Assembly (NCBI GenBank): GCA_964035545.1
Contig: OZ037768.1
Span: forward strand, 4,868,741-4,932,740
DNA length: 64,000 nucleotides
Direction: 5' to 3'
Origin: Bugula neritina
Taxonomy: Eukaryota; Animalia; Bryozoa
Below are positions 24,611 through 38,623 of the stretch, piece after piece. Positions within the stretch are counted from its first letter, which is position 1. Every line of letters starts with the position of its first letter. Below the pieces are notes generated by a model. It had not been told where the DNA came from and searched no databases. It saw nothing but the letters and a program-made list of their open reading frames with translations. The translations under genes were made by a program, and so were the position numbers.

Positions 24611-27600
24611 TTATACAACTTCATATTCCTGTTTGATGGCTCTAGCTAAGCAGCAACTCAACACGATGCCAATCAGCTAAAACAATTAGGAAAAGTGTTC
24701 AAAGTTCAAATTGCTAACATTTGCTTTCAGTGCTATCATTGTACTAGCAGCTCTCAACAAAGAAGCGGGTTTGGTTACCTGATAAATGGCGGGAGAGAGA
24801 GAAGGTTACTACGCATAGCTGTGTTCCCTTTTAATAGCTTTTCCCAAGCAGCAAGCAAACACAATTCCAATCAACTGGAAAAAGATATGAGAGCAGTTCA
24901 CTAACATGCAATGGAGGGGTGACTTGGGTCTTTAGCCTCTATTCAAGGTTTTAAAGCTGTATTGCACATGAGCTCACGTGAGCTACACAAGTATTGATTG
25001 AGGTTGGAATTGCAAATTACTAGCGATCATTTGCTAGTGACTATGAATCATGAATGTATAATCACTAGTCTAGTTACGCGCTTCCTCCTAACTACACTGT
25101 TCACGTGATGTTGAATATGAATACAATCACATGACCATGAAAACAGAGGCACTGCCTACTGTAAACAGATGCTGGCAAGCTTGAATTATCGGATCATATG
25201 TTTCAACAATGCTGTTGCTTACCTGCACCACCCCCAGTCCAATAGCTACTCCAGCCACGTAGAGAATATTTTTAACCAGTGTATCCTCAAGTTTTTGAAG
25301 ACACCCCTGTAAATGGAGCAATCAAATAATTATGACTGATGTGAAATATTATAAGTTTCTATGTATGAATTATCATGGGCAGGCAGCATTTAATGCATTA
25401 CTATAAGAAACAAAAGAATATTTAAACTAAATCAGCTTTATACTCACAGTGGATTGAAATGATCCGCAGCTTGGTGGCACCGTTTTTCCAGCGGCAATGT
25501 AATCAGATGAATTCGCCGAGCCACAGCATTCGAACTATAACAAGGAAATATAACAATCAAAATACAGGTTCTGTTTTTATAACAGCTAGTGATGCAAACT
25601 GAAATTTATTTCACAAAGCAAACTTACTTTCGTTTGTAAATTATCCCATGCTTTTGTGACTCCACCATGTCCAGTTTCATTGTATTGCTTAATAGTGCTA
25701 GTCAGGCCATTACTAACAAGTTCATGGACATCAGCCCTCAGCACATACCCAGTAATTCCAGCAGCAATCTCGATGATGAGTAGGAGTCCAATGAGAACTG
25801 AAAACTGTACAAAATAACCACCTGTATAACTAGATATCACAAAACAACTTGTACTGAAGAAAAAAGTCGAGTTAAGTGGTGTAAATGTCTTGTAAACTGA
25901 GTTTATTTACACTTACAGTTATAGTCATGCAGTAGTGCTCTTTCACAGCTCCACAGCAGCCAAAGAAGCCAACGATTAGGGTGATGGATCCCACAACAAT
26001 CAGCAGTACAGCCGGTGCATTTATCGGAGATGAAAAGAAATCAAGATACTGCTTCAGCTCAATTTGAACATAAATACCAACACCTAGCAACGCCAGTCCA
26101 AATATCTAAAAACAGATCACATGAAATGGATTGTGCAACACAAAACTAATATTAAGTACTTGAAGAACTTGTCTAGCCATATTGTCAGATACAGCCAACT
26201 GAACAGGCTTACAGTATTGAACACAATTAGACAGGTTATTGATACGATATAGCAGCAACAGTAATGTTAATTGAAAACATATCAACACAAATATAATCCC
26301 ATGTATAACATGAACATGGCTGAAACTCAAAACCCAAATATGACAATTTTTCACTCCAATATGTAACAAGCGTGGCAATTGACTCTTCATATTATGATTT
26401 ACAATGTTGCAAAATACCTTTAATTATTTAATAATGCAATTAGTCATAATCATACAACTTTAAAACCTAAGTCATTCCACCTCATAAATAAACCATGGCG
26501 AGTAATCATATCTGTAAGGTGCATCCCACAGATAACGCTTACAGTCAATATTACTATACAACTGAAAGAATGTTACATTATGATTATATTGTTTTGTACT
26601 TCACTGGGACCATCAACATTTTAATTGTCTAACTGAAAGCTTACATTGTTCAACTTTAAGTTCACATAAACTTATTAACTATGGCTAAACCTAAATTTTT
26701 ACTGTTAAAATGATCGTAAGTTTACACTAGCTGACTAGCACTCATTAATATAGCTTTCGTTTTGTACCATCATGTCATAATCACCATGATAATTACAAGT
26801 GAAAATATAATTATAGGACTTATATTCTTGCAATGTTAAGCCTATAAGTGTCTAGGATAACTACTAGGAGTATGATAGTTAACAAGGATATTTATTATCT
26901 TGATATGGCTACTTCGGCGATATGTGGGTGATAATACAGTGAGAATCAATGCCAGAATGAGAATCGACTAATACTATCGTATCGAATTTGATCAATATAT
27001 TGAAAATGATATACTTATAGTTATAGTTTAGGTTATAGCTCGTAGTTATACTTATAATTACTAGTTTAAGTTATACCTAATTCAGTAATTGGCAGGAATA
27101 AATCAAAGTCATAGTGACTTTTAGTTTTAAGTTCAAGTTTGAGCTTTTCATAATAACAATGAAAATCACAATCAATATCATAATTATAATAACAACAATC
27201 AAATTCAAATCGAATAAAATATTATTGGTATTCTAATTTATAAAATTAAATTTACAACTACTTAGCTAAGACTTCAATGTTGAACAATCTCGATATGAAT
27301 ATGAAATTGAATAATGAATGTGACTACAAAATAGTGATACTCATGCTAGTAGTAACAGTAAGTAAGTGTAAGACTAAGTGTAACTGTTTCATAGTAATAG
27401 TAATACTATTACTCTAATACTAAGTAAATGTAATACTATTAGTATTAGTATTACTAAGTCCAATATCAGTATCATACTAATTAATATAAATAAATTCAAT
27501 ATAAATATTGCTTGTGAGTGTATTGGTATCATAATAATCTCAAAGACTTACGAAAAATAGTAAGTTAAATCCAAAAAGTAGATACTTCACACATGTCATT

Positions 27601-27614
27601 CCCTTTTCCACCAT
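24611..27614 (-). CDS. CD63: CD63-like tetraspanin, 6 exons
   Basis: MVEKGMTCVKYLLFGFNLLFF, GFFGCCGAVKEHYCM, CCG in EC2, C-terminal EYEVV* (YxxPhi lysosomal sorting motif). Confidence 0.8.
26950..27545. repeat. Degenerate 6-bp-periodic tract, CD63-like intron 1
   Basis: ACTTATAGTTATAGTTTAGGTTATAG, AGTAACAGTAAGTAAGTGTAAGACTAAGTGTAACT, ATATGAATATGAAATTGAATAAT. Confidence 0.75.
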
Positions 27615-27923
27615 GTTGACTCTTCAAGCTGCGAAACAAATTCGTACAATTAATTAAATATCGCGACCGACTTTTAAATGAACCAAGTGTATGACCAAAC
27701 TTGATGAACAGGAGACTTTTATACACAATTTACATATGAGGTAATTTTGTATTCATACGCTGGAAAACGAATTATAGTTGTGCGTATCAAATAAGCTTAA
27801 TAATTATAAATCAAAATCTGTAAAGTATTTTTTAACACAGCAAACAGTTTACTTTTTCTTAATTTTAAAGAAAAAACTTTAAAAAGAGTTACTTCATAAA
27901 AGTTGTAAAAACCTTGCGTCATT

Positions 27924-27931
27924 TCACGTGA
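27924..27931. promoter_or_regulatory. CLEAR/E-box core TCACGTGA upstream of the CD63-like gene
   Basis: Exact motif about 310 bp upstream of the ATG; two more copies in the last intron (24974, 25101). Confidence 0.45.
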
Positions 27932-29714
27932 TTATGCGCAATAATTTAACACTACAGTGACGAATGGACGACCTATAAATACTACATGACTCCGCTCCTT
28001 AATAAGAGTATCTATATTTAGATACCAATTAATAGTTCTAGTTTTTTAGATGTCTCAAACGTACCCCTGCTCAACAACCCAGATTATTAGCGTTTTACTA
28101 CTTTGCCCAGATCAACCTTAAGTGAAATCAATTTTAAGTATTGGTTATCAATAGATGTTTTGTTTTGTATACAGTACATAATGGTAATGATTATGATAAT
28201 ATTCTGTCAGAATTGATTATATTGTACGTCTTATGGCATACAATATATAAGTAATTTTAATTATTGAATCAAAATTTATTTTAATAACAGTTTTTTATGA
28301 ACAAGGGTTAGATTTTAAAGCTGCATGCATTTCAGTTTAAAACAAAATTAAGGAATGCAAAATAATTGTAAGTTATAACTATCCTCGCCATCCTAACAAA
28401 AGCAAAAGACCAAACGTACAATTTTTTAATATTGCTATGTTTAGTAAACCTGGAAATGCTGGTTTAAAGTATGCAGTTTATTACATATTTTTGAATATGC
28501 AGCATTTACATCAGTTTTTTTATAAAAAAAAAATGAATAGCTATGCATGGTGTAAAACAGCGGTACTTTTCTTAGAAAATATGAGTAAAGTAACAAAGCT
28601 TTGCAAAAAACAAAGCAATAATGAAACCAGTTGAACATAAATGAAGTCAAGACCAGTTTTCATTAACCTTTAGCCATTAGCTAGATCTCCAAATGCAGCA
28701 TAGCTCCAATAATGAAAATTTAAAGCAAAAGCTATTCAAGGGAAGACAACTTCAATTTATAAGACAGTGTTTTTAGCTGAACTCTTATAATTGAGTAGAT
28801 TATTATATTAAGTAGAATGACAAAACTAAAATAGTTGCATCTTTGTTTTATAGCCACTGCCTCTTTAATGTTAGTTTACGTTGAGACTACCCATTACACT
28901 CAAATTACATGACAATATAAGTGCTTAAATATCAAGATATTTGTTCATCATCAATGGAGCTTGACCAAATAGCACCATGTCACAGCACTAGTCACCTTGT
29001 GCAATGTACATTCAGCATTGGGAGGTGAAAAAGATTAAGTTCTCTACGAAGAGTTATAGCTTTTAAAGATTTTCAACCTGTACTTCACACCAAAACTAAC
29101 AGACAGATCTTAAAATCTTGGGCTGTGATTCCTCCAGCGACACTACTGTGGAGCTCTAAATAATTACAGGTTTTAAGTATCATCTCACCTATCAAGTATA
29201 TCTTTGGATTTGGACATAATTTTGACAACCTTTTCAGCAATAATTGTAGGTTTGATTACATTTCCAAATACCGACAGCAATACCTTTTTTTGTAAAAATT
29301 TTGCTTTTTAATACATAAATGCATGTATTATAGGATATGAGGTGAACATCATACAGACTGTGATATAAAGAAGTTGAACAATATTGACCATTTATTTGCA
29401 GTTATTACAAATAAAAACGCTATTATATAAATTTTTCATCATTTTGAAAACGTATAAAATGTTGAAGTTTTGTAATATATATTTAAATGTCTGAAATAGT
29501 AACCAAATCTACTTGATAAAACTGCTAAAATAAAAATTTGAGTACATGGTCAAAAATAGGACAATGAATTCATCGGACTACAGTTGCATAATCATACATT
29601 ATCATACCAAATTTTCTTTCTGTAGTCAGATAGAAGAAGAATAAAACAAGTGATGCAATTTTTCATTCACATTATATACTGTATATACAAGTAGAGCTAG
29701 GCGAGCTTTGAAGA

Positions 29715-32700
29715 TCAATCATTTCTTGACCTCTTTTCTTTCGATGCTCCATCACCATCTCCTACAGTCATAGAAATTACTATCAATCTATTTTACTATA
29801 AAACCTGATAATAATCTCCATTATTTAGCTGCTCTTTAGTCCAACAGTAACTGCTTGTTTTAAAATTAAGTAATTCATGCTAACAAGCTGGAAAACCAAT
29901 CGCATTTATAAACTATAATGGTATACTATATAATCATTGATTAACAAATATATAGAAAAAATTCATTTCTTTTCTATCGATCAACACAATCAAACTGCAA
30001 GGGAGTAGATAGATGGTCACCTAAAGACGAAATTAAAGCCATACGTATATATAAAATCTTGTGTATGTTATATATATTATGTATGTGTTGATTACTAACC
30101 AGCATTGCGTCGCTTAAAACCACCACGGCCACCCTTTCCTCCTCTGCCTCCATGTCCTGGCTTATTTTTCTTGTATCTGTTGTGGATGCTTTCGAAGAAC
30201 TTCTTCCAATGAGTTTCCTCTTCCTCGCCTTCAATAGAAAACTGGTATATACACCATATACATTATATACAGTATATGCACCATATACATTATATACACC
30301 ATATACATTATATACACCATATACATTATATACACCATATACATTATATACACCATATACATACATTATATACACCATATACATACATTATATACACCAT
30401 ATACATTACACACACCAAATACATTATATACACCACATACATTATATACACCATATACATTATATACACCATATACATTACATACACCATATACATTATA
30501 TACACCATATACATTATATACACCATATACATTTTATACACCATATACATTACACACACCAAATACATACATTATATACACCATCTGCATACATTATATA
30601 CACCAAATACATTATATACACCACATACATTATATACACCATATACATTACACACACCAAATACATTATATACACCATATGCATTATATACACCATATAC
30701 ATTATATACACCATATACATTATATACACCATATGCATACATTATATACACCATATGCATTATATACACCATATGCATTATATACACCATATACATTATA
30801 TACACCATATACATACATTATATACACCATATACATTATATACACCATATACATTATATACACCATATACATTATATACACCATTTACATTATATACACC
30901 ATATACATTATATACACCATATACATTATATACACCATATGCATTATATACACCATATACATTATATACACCATATACATTATATACACCATATACATTA
31001 TATACACCATATACATTATATACACTATATACATTATATACACCGTATACAGTATATACACCATATGCATTATATACACCATATACATTATACACACAAT
31101 TTATTAAATAGAGATGCACACAGCTATGTGTACATAATATTTTTGACAATAATTAAAAGGTGAATCAGCCAAGGAAATGGATTCTTTCAAACTTGAACGA
31201 AGGCAGTGCACACCAACCTTCAATAACTACTCCAGTCAACTCTTTCTCATCAAAAAGAATTTTTTTGTCTTTAGCTTCTTCCAGAGCTTTGTCCCAGGCC
31301 ACTTTGGCTTCATTCTCAGTAGCATACCTGATCTTAGCCTGCAGATAGAACCGATGGAAATGTGTTAATTTGAAGTTTATATGTTTGGCTACATTAGTAA
31401 TACTATATGGGATTCCATGGAAAGGTACCTGTTATTTGTCACCTCCATCTATAGTTCCCCTTTAATAACAACTTGCAGACATAACGGATAAATTATTCAC
31501 GAAACATTATCTTCAGAAAATAGTGGAGAAAATAGTGGGTATTTGCCAACATAAACAATTTGCTAAGTCAAAATTATTTTGATTCTAATCTATTTCATTG
31601 AACTAGTAACTTCAAATATACATTATTTACTTCCAAAATAGCACACTTTTGATGTAAAACTTGTGCCATAGCATAGCCATATGACATTTTACATCACCCT
31701 ACCGTGCACACTTACATGATCATCTCCTTTTGCAAAATCTACCCACGCAACATCTCCATATTTGCCAAAAAATTCTTTTATTTTGTCAATAGGAGTCTCA
31801 TCTGGAATGCCGGTGACTTTTAGCACAGAGCTTCTGGTAATACGAGCCAGTAATTCCTAGCAAAATTAGGAATAACATGAAAGTAAAATAACATCTTCTA
31901 AAACAAAACACCAAAAATGAACTTTAAATAGAAACAATCAACTTCCATAATCTACTAAACAGCTAAAAGCTAATGATTACTAAAATTTGAAATGACATTC
32001 TGGCCAACTGTTGCTAGAGTACCGTTTCATATAACGTCAGTAGTTTGCCAACTTTAAAAACGTGGCAAATACCTCCTAAGTACAAGTACTTTATCACTAT
32101 TTTTTACCCTGGCCACAAAAAAAGGTGTCCTAAATGACTGCTCAATGAACAATTTCTCAATATACTACAAGTTGGACTGGTAGTAGTAAGTGATGCTTCT
32201 TTCATGGCTAGTATTACTCTCTTTCAAATAAAACTTGCTTTATACTACACACTAATTTTGAATGATAACAAAGGGAGTGTTAGAACCCCATAATTTAGCA
32301 AACTCCTGAGGGTCGAGTTTTACCTAAACACTAAATGTTTTTCCAGCACATTTTTGTAGAACAAAACATATTTTGCGATAGAGGTTAAAGGTTAGTGTTA
32401 GAGGTCAAAGTTTCTGTCGACAAGGGTTACATAAATGTTTATGACTAACAGCTGCACCAGTACTAAAATGTTGAAATTATTTACCTCTCTTTCTTCTTGC
32501 TCTTTTTTCTTTTTTTGCCTAAAATATAACAACTACTATGAATTATAACAACAACTACTATGAATGATAACAACTACTATGAAATATAACAACTACTATG
32601 AAATATAACAACTACTACGAAATATAACAACTACTACGAAATATAACAACTACTATGAAATATAACAACTACTACGAAATATAACAACTACTACGAAATA

Positions 32701-35279
32701 TAACAACTACTATGAAATATAACAACTACTATGAAATATAACAACTACTATGAAATATAACAACTACTATGAAATATAACAACTAATATGAAATATAACA
32801 ACTACTATGAAATATAACAACTACTATGAAATATAACAACTACTATGAAATATAACAACTAATATGAAATATAACAACTACTATGAAATATAACAACTAC
32901 TATGAAATATAACAACTACTATGAAATATAACAACTACTATGAAATATAACAACTACTATGAAATATAACAACTACTATGAATTATAACAACTAATATGA
33001 AATATAACAACTACTATGAAATATAACAACTACTATGAAATATAACAACTACTATGAAATATAACAACTACTATGAAATATAACAACTACTATGAAATAT
33101 AACAACTACTATGAAATATAACAACTACTATGAAATATAACAACTACTATGAAATATAACAACTACTATGAAATATAACAACTACTATGAAATATAACAA
33201 CTACTATGAAATATAACAACTACTATGAAACATAACAACTACTATGAAACATAACAACTACTATGAAATATAACAACTACTATGAAATATAACAACTAAT
33301 ATGAAATATAACAACTACTATGAAATATAACAACTACTATGAATTATAACAACTACTATGAATGATCCACAATTTAGAAATTTGCTTAAAATTTTAAATT
33401 AAGGAAAATGTAATAATGCATACTCGTCTTTTTTTCTGATGTCTTCAATTTTTCCACCGAGTTTTTCTTCTTGTTTCTTCTTGAAATAATCTTGTCTAAA
33501 AGTGAAGAAGAAATCATAAATAAGCATGGTGATGTAGTTGATTGTAGAAACAATAAGCTTTAGGGTAAATTAAGAAGCACTAACTTGAATAACCGTTCAA
33601 TCAAAGGAGTGTCTTTATACTTTATTTCTTCAGCAGTGAGAAATTCTTTAGCCAATTCTGTTGTTTTGAATAAGACAAATACGGATCCCTGCAAAGTATA
33701 TTCTAATATCAAAACATGGAGTAAACAATACTACTTTAACTTTTTTTCAAGTTTCTAAAGATTGAGCGTTTATGGTTTTCACTTATGAAAACAGAAAACT
33801 ACAAAGCCTACCAGTGTGTTATAGCATACTCACAGATAAATACAGAGCCAATAAGCTAGTATTCATTACACTGTGATGTAGAGAAGACAACTTTGCAACA
33901 AAAGCAATTTAATACTTGAGAAAGTTTTTTTTTAACAATTCAATTACTCATCTACTCCTCAGACGCATTACTTACACACTAATAGTCCTTCAGTTTAGGT
34001 AGAAACTAGACAGCACTTTCTGGTTGTAGAAAGGCAGAAATAGTTTAGTATAGCGTTGAAAAGAGCTTACCTTGAAATTCTTTTTAATGTCTTTTCGAAG
34101 TAGCACACTTTCTGCACCATACGGTTCAAAGTACTCAATCAGATCATCTAGGGTGAGTTCTGTTGGAAAACCTTTCTACAAAACATATTCAAACAACAAA
34201 TATAACCAAAGTAATAAGTTCAATCTCTTAATGTGCTTCATTTTAAAATGTTCATAATTCTGCTCTTCTCAGCAAATTTTCATTTATGCAGCAAGTCAGT
34301 TGGAGTAGAACATTATTTGTAATTTGTTTTTGGTTTGTTATTTGCATATAAAGCATCATAGTAATGAGTAATAAGACATTAGTTAACCTAAAAAACAAGT
34401 TTTGCTACCGTTACTTGATTTAGATGACAAAGATTAAAAGTAATCTACAAACCACATAGAGTTGGCGAGATTGAAGGTCTTGTTTTCTAATCTCAGCAGA
34501 CGGCACTGGTTGACTAGGACTTCGTCTTATAGCTGTATCATCTTCTTTAATCTACAATTAAACGAGTTAGATTGTATTAGCAGAGAGCAGTACTGCAAGC
34601 ACGTACCTTGAGAACAATAATTTATTAAATATATATATTGTGACAGAAAGCAATCAGTTTTTGTAGAATACAACAGAAAATTGAAAAAAAATTGCCAACA
34701 AGTTTGTAGTGCCAATCTAAACTACTAGAGCAAAAAAATTAATTTAGAAGATTCACTGACTGTTTAAATAAATTAAAAAACTTGTATCTTTTTAAAGGTC
34801 TAAATAAACCTACTTCTAGTAAATCATTAGTGGATTTCCTGAGAGCGGCTGTGATAAATTTGGCATCCTCAGACATAGCCTTCAGTCTGTTGAATGTAAG
34901 TAGAGTGGTTAACAAAATCCAACCTTCATTCTTCTTTATCTCTTCATTCATGAACTTATCTTTGTCCAGATTAGCATCTCCAAAGTAGTACTATATTGTG
35001 CAGAATATAAGTAGTAGGTAGTAATAGCATATAAGTAGTATAACTATAGCAACTTGAGTTAACCAAATCACACAACATAAAACCGAACATCAATTCTTTT
35101 GATTTCTAAAGTATCTAATGCAGTGCAAGTTGGAAACACAGTTATACAGCATGACTCACTTCTACTTGTCTTATTATTTTCTTTTCTAAAGGAGTCAAGT
35201 CACCAGAGCTGCTCTTCACTTCTGCATCCTTGGAATCACCATTTTTCACCTGAGACTGTGTGTCGTCAACGTTTGCCAT
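29715..35279 (-). CDS. SSB: La protein (lupus La / SSB): La motif, RRM1, RRM2, basic C-terminus
   Basis: KKIIRQVEYYFGDANLDKDKF, GWILLTTLLTFNRLK, YVKGFP-type RRM1, FKGSVFVLF, RRM2 GDVAWVDFAKG; ends KEKRSRND*. Includes a 34-nt microexon at 32485-32518. Confidence 0.93.
30246..31097. repeat. 18-bp minisatellite (TATATACACCATATACAT)n with occasional 22-bp units, La intron
   Basis: Directly visible; about 45 units. Confidence 0.97.
32522..33362. repeat. 19-bp minisatellite (AAATATAACAACTACTATG)n, La intron
   Basis: Directly visible; about 44 near-identical units. Confidence 0.97.
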
Positions 35280-35899
35280 GGCCTTTTTATTATCTTATTA
35301 AATAAAAATATTGAATAATAAATAAAAAGCTGAAACAAAAACCTGTTATTTCCCAATGCATAAAAGTTTAGCACACAAAAATACTCTAGTTACTGCCAAT
35401 ATTGCTGGAGACCATTAACTTCAATAACAGGTAATTTAATTTTAAGAACCAGAAGCCTCAGAAAACCATAGACCAAAATTATATCATTAACATGTATATA
35501 GTAATAAATATGCAACACTCTTACTAGTTTTCAGTAATTAAAAAACTACGTTCGTTTATTACACACGAATATACCGAAAGGTTGTGCACAGTATGTTTGA
35601 CATGTAACATTATGCAAAATGTCCAATGTAAAAGTAAGAGAGACACTAGTGAATAGTGAGCAAGTCAATTAGTAGCTTGATACTAGCCATAGCAGTCACT
35701 GTCAGATTGGAAAAATACAATAACATGGATAGGAATCATTCAAATGGTAAAGGTCAAAAAAAGTAAAAATGACAGCAACACAAATATTCAGTTACTAAAG
35801 TTTCAAGGGCAGCAGAATTTTTTTTTCAAATTACAGAAATTTCTGATAGCTGCCTCATCGTAGTGCTACAGCAATGATTGCAAAAAAAATTATAGCAGA

Positions 35900-37130
35900 G
35901 ATTCATTGTTTTACTGTTGTTACTATTTATTTTTAATTATAATTCATTTTATAACAATTACACTGTTAGCCTTGGTGTTACAGTAACACTAACTAAGTCT
36001 TGTACTTGAAGTTGATAACTATTAATTAATATTATAATCACATGACTATAAGTATAACTATAAGTATATGCCTGAGGCATAAGTGATAAGGTGATAAGCA
36101 CAAGTCTAAGTACTAGTACTAGCCGCATATACTTACACTTATGGTGATACTCATGGTCATAGTCACACTGATACAGTGATAGTAGTACCAATAGTCATAG
36201 TCATTAGTGATACTGGCAGTCATTGTCATACTGATGGTGATATGCATTGCCACAATCATAGTGATTGTCATTGTGATTGTAAAATAGGAATGTAAAACTA
36301 AATTAAAATCAAAAATGCAAATTATAATTGTTAGGCTCAGTAACAGTCACTAACACTAACAGTAACACTAACTGTAAATATTTGTATAAGTATAACTATA
36401 ACATCAATGTAGTACTAGTTATACTACTAGTACTACTACTAGTACTACCACTACTACCACCACTACTACTACTACGCCTACTAGTACTATACTGGTACTA
36501 GTGTTTAGACTTTAGCAGTAGTACTACTACTATTAGTATTACTACTACTAGTAAATATTACATATGATGGACAATAGTTAGTTCACGAAAAGTGAAATTA
36601 GATTTATTACTATTAGTATTATAATTAGTGTTACTAGTACAGTACTACTACTACTAGTAGTAGTAGTGATAGTACTACGAGTAGTTGTAGTACTACTAAT
36701 AGTAATACTAATAGTAATACTAGTACGAGTAGTACTACTACTATTTTAGTACTACTATAAGTATAGTACTAACAGTAGGTGTAACACTAACAGTGAGTAA
36801 CAGTAACACTAACAGTAAGTGTAACACTAACAGTAACAGTATGAGTATGAGTATGACTATGAGAACACTTGTCCATGACTAACAGTAATACTAATAGTTA
36901 TAGTAATACTAATAGTAATAGTAAATTAGACATAGTAAAAAAATCTAATTTCACTTTTAGACTTTGGTGAATTAACTTTAACTTATCGTCCATCATATTT
37001 AAAACCAATTCATATTTAATCTAACATCTGATTAATCACAGTAATGTCACAGTGAAATGTTAGAGACAGTAACACTTTGATTTTTAGTCAAATCTCACTG
37101 TAAAGTCGTGAATACCAATTAATAATAATT
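35900..37130. repeat. Degenerate 6-bp-periodic tract, La intron 1
   Basis: GTAACACTAACAGTGAGTAACAGTAACACTAACAGTAAGTGTAACACTAACAGTAACAGTATGAGTATGAGTATGACTATGAG (36781-36863). Confidence 0.8.
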
Positions 37131-37149
37131 ATAACATTTGATAGAGCTC

Positions 37150-37435
37150 ACGTTAGCGCAAAAGAACGAAACAAAAGGAAATAGTATTTAAAAACTTTAT
37201 GTCGTCTTTAGTGCAGTAATGAAAAGTGATGATAAAAATATGTTTTATTATTTTACTATTAAATTTTTTAATATTTAAAAAAAAATTGAATAAAAAGTAA
37301 AACAAAATCAATTACAGATATAGATCGCTAGAATCATTTTTCACATTGCCGGTTATAGCTCGCTTCAACAGCCGGATATCATTCTCCGCACGCCTCGATT
37401 TTGCATTGCTTTGAGTTTGAGTCCTTAGCCCTGTA
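37150..37435. promoter_or_regulatory. Bidirectional promoter and non-coding first exons of La (-) and PHB1 (+)
   Basis: CpG-containing island between two periodic tracts; PHB1 donor GTAAGT at 37433; La donor candidates at 37151 (GTGAGC, after a pyrimidine-rich start) or 37315. Confidence 0.55.
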
Positions 37436-37599
37436 AGTAAAAAATAAACATTGTGATTGTTATTTGTTTGCATTTTAATTTCTTGCTAATAGTAATTTTT
37501 ATTAATACTGTTTTTGAAAAGATCAGCAAAATCTTAAAAAGCTGCACACAGTTACTTTGCATGAAGGCCGCATTTAAACTTGAAGTTGAACAATTTTCA

Positions 37600-37960
37600 T
37601 TTTGTTTTATAATCATGATGATTTTGTCATTTCATCATCACCCTAATTATTTCATTGCCACGATTGTCATTGTGATTGTCAATGTCTGCTAAATTTAATT
37701 TTGAAATCAAATTAAAGTAGTCATTGTAATATTGATTGAGTTTTAGTTTAATAGAATTAAATACTTGAAAGTTGAATAACAAATAACAATATGAATATGA
37801 AATTGAATAATAATATCATTATCAATATGAATATGAATAACATCAAATTATTTTTCAAATTCAATGATTAATTTTAAGTTTAATGACCATGTTCTATCGG
37901 TATTGTTTTAAATTGGGTGCTTGTACTTGTAGTTGTGGTTGAAATTAATATTAAATTTAA
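37600..37960. repeat. Degenerate 6-bp-periodic tract, PHB1 intron 1
   Basis: ATTGTCATTGTGATTGTCAATGTC; AATATGAATATGAAATTGAATAATAATATCATTATCAATATGAATATGAATAAC. Confidence 0.72.
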
Positions 37961-38083
37961 TGGTTAGTTGCGTGACTCTTGGCCTTTATCTTGCATATTG
38001 ATATAGGGATAACAGTAATGTTAGTTTTCCTGGTACTGGTAGTTGAAGAGATTTAATTTTTTTATACAGATTTTGAGAGAATC

Positions 38084-38623
38084 AAGATAAAATGTGTTTC
38101 AAATCTTTTAGTTCCAAATTAGAATTCATCTAATGCTAGGGCTGGTAGTAATAATTATAAATATAAGCTCTATTATGGTTTACAGTATGGTTTTTCCTTC
38201 CCTAAAATGTAATGGGAAACGGTTTTATTTTTGCTGGAATAAATTGCAGTTCTAGTCTATTCATGTTAATTTTGATAGCGTAGTTATCCCTTTTACAGGG
38301 CTTACTACACTTTATTATAAAATAGTTGTTTTGTTAATAAATGCTTTTAGTTGCACTAAAGTCTGAACTCTTTAAAGTTAATGCATGGCTGTGTGAGCGT
38401 ACAGCTTTATTGCAATTAATACAATTTTATTAGCTTCACAACTCTTCAAATGTTATTTAATGTCAAAGCGTAGCAATAAAATTTGGCCAAGTCTGTAATG
38501 TAGCAATAAATTAATGCTACTTAAAAAACGGATGGTTTAAATAATCAAATTTTGAAGATAAAATATATTTCAAATCTTTTAGCTCCAAATTAGAATTCAT
38601 TTAATGCTAGGGCTGGTAGTAAT
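38084..38623. repeat. 69-bp direct repeat pair (38084-38152 / 38555-38623) in PHB1 intron 1
   Basis: AAGATAAAAT.T.TTTCAAATCTTTTAG.TCCAAATTAGAATTCAT.TAATGCTAGGGCTGGTAGTAAT twice, with about 4 mismatches. Confidence 0.85.

Noticed and set aside
29974-31163. Long ORFs (YIHHIH / TLYTPY / VYNVYG repeats)
   Set aside because: Translations of an intronic 18-bp minisatellite lacking stops; not genes.
35958-36191. ORF with alternating dipeptides (LVLVLRL, YTYSYTY)
   Set aside because: A by-product of the 6-bp periodicity in La intron 1, not a protein.
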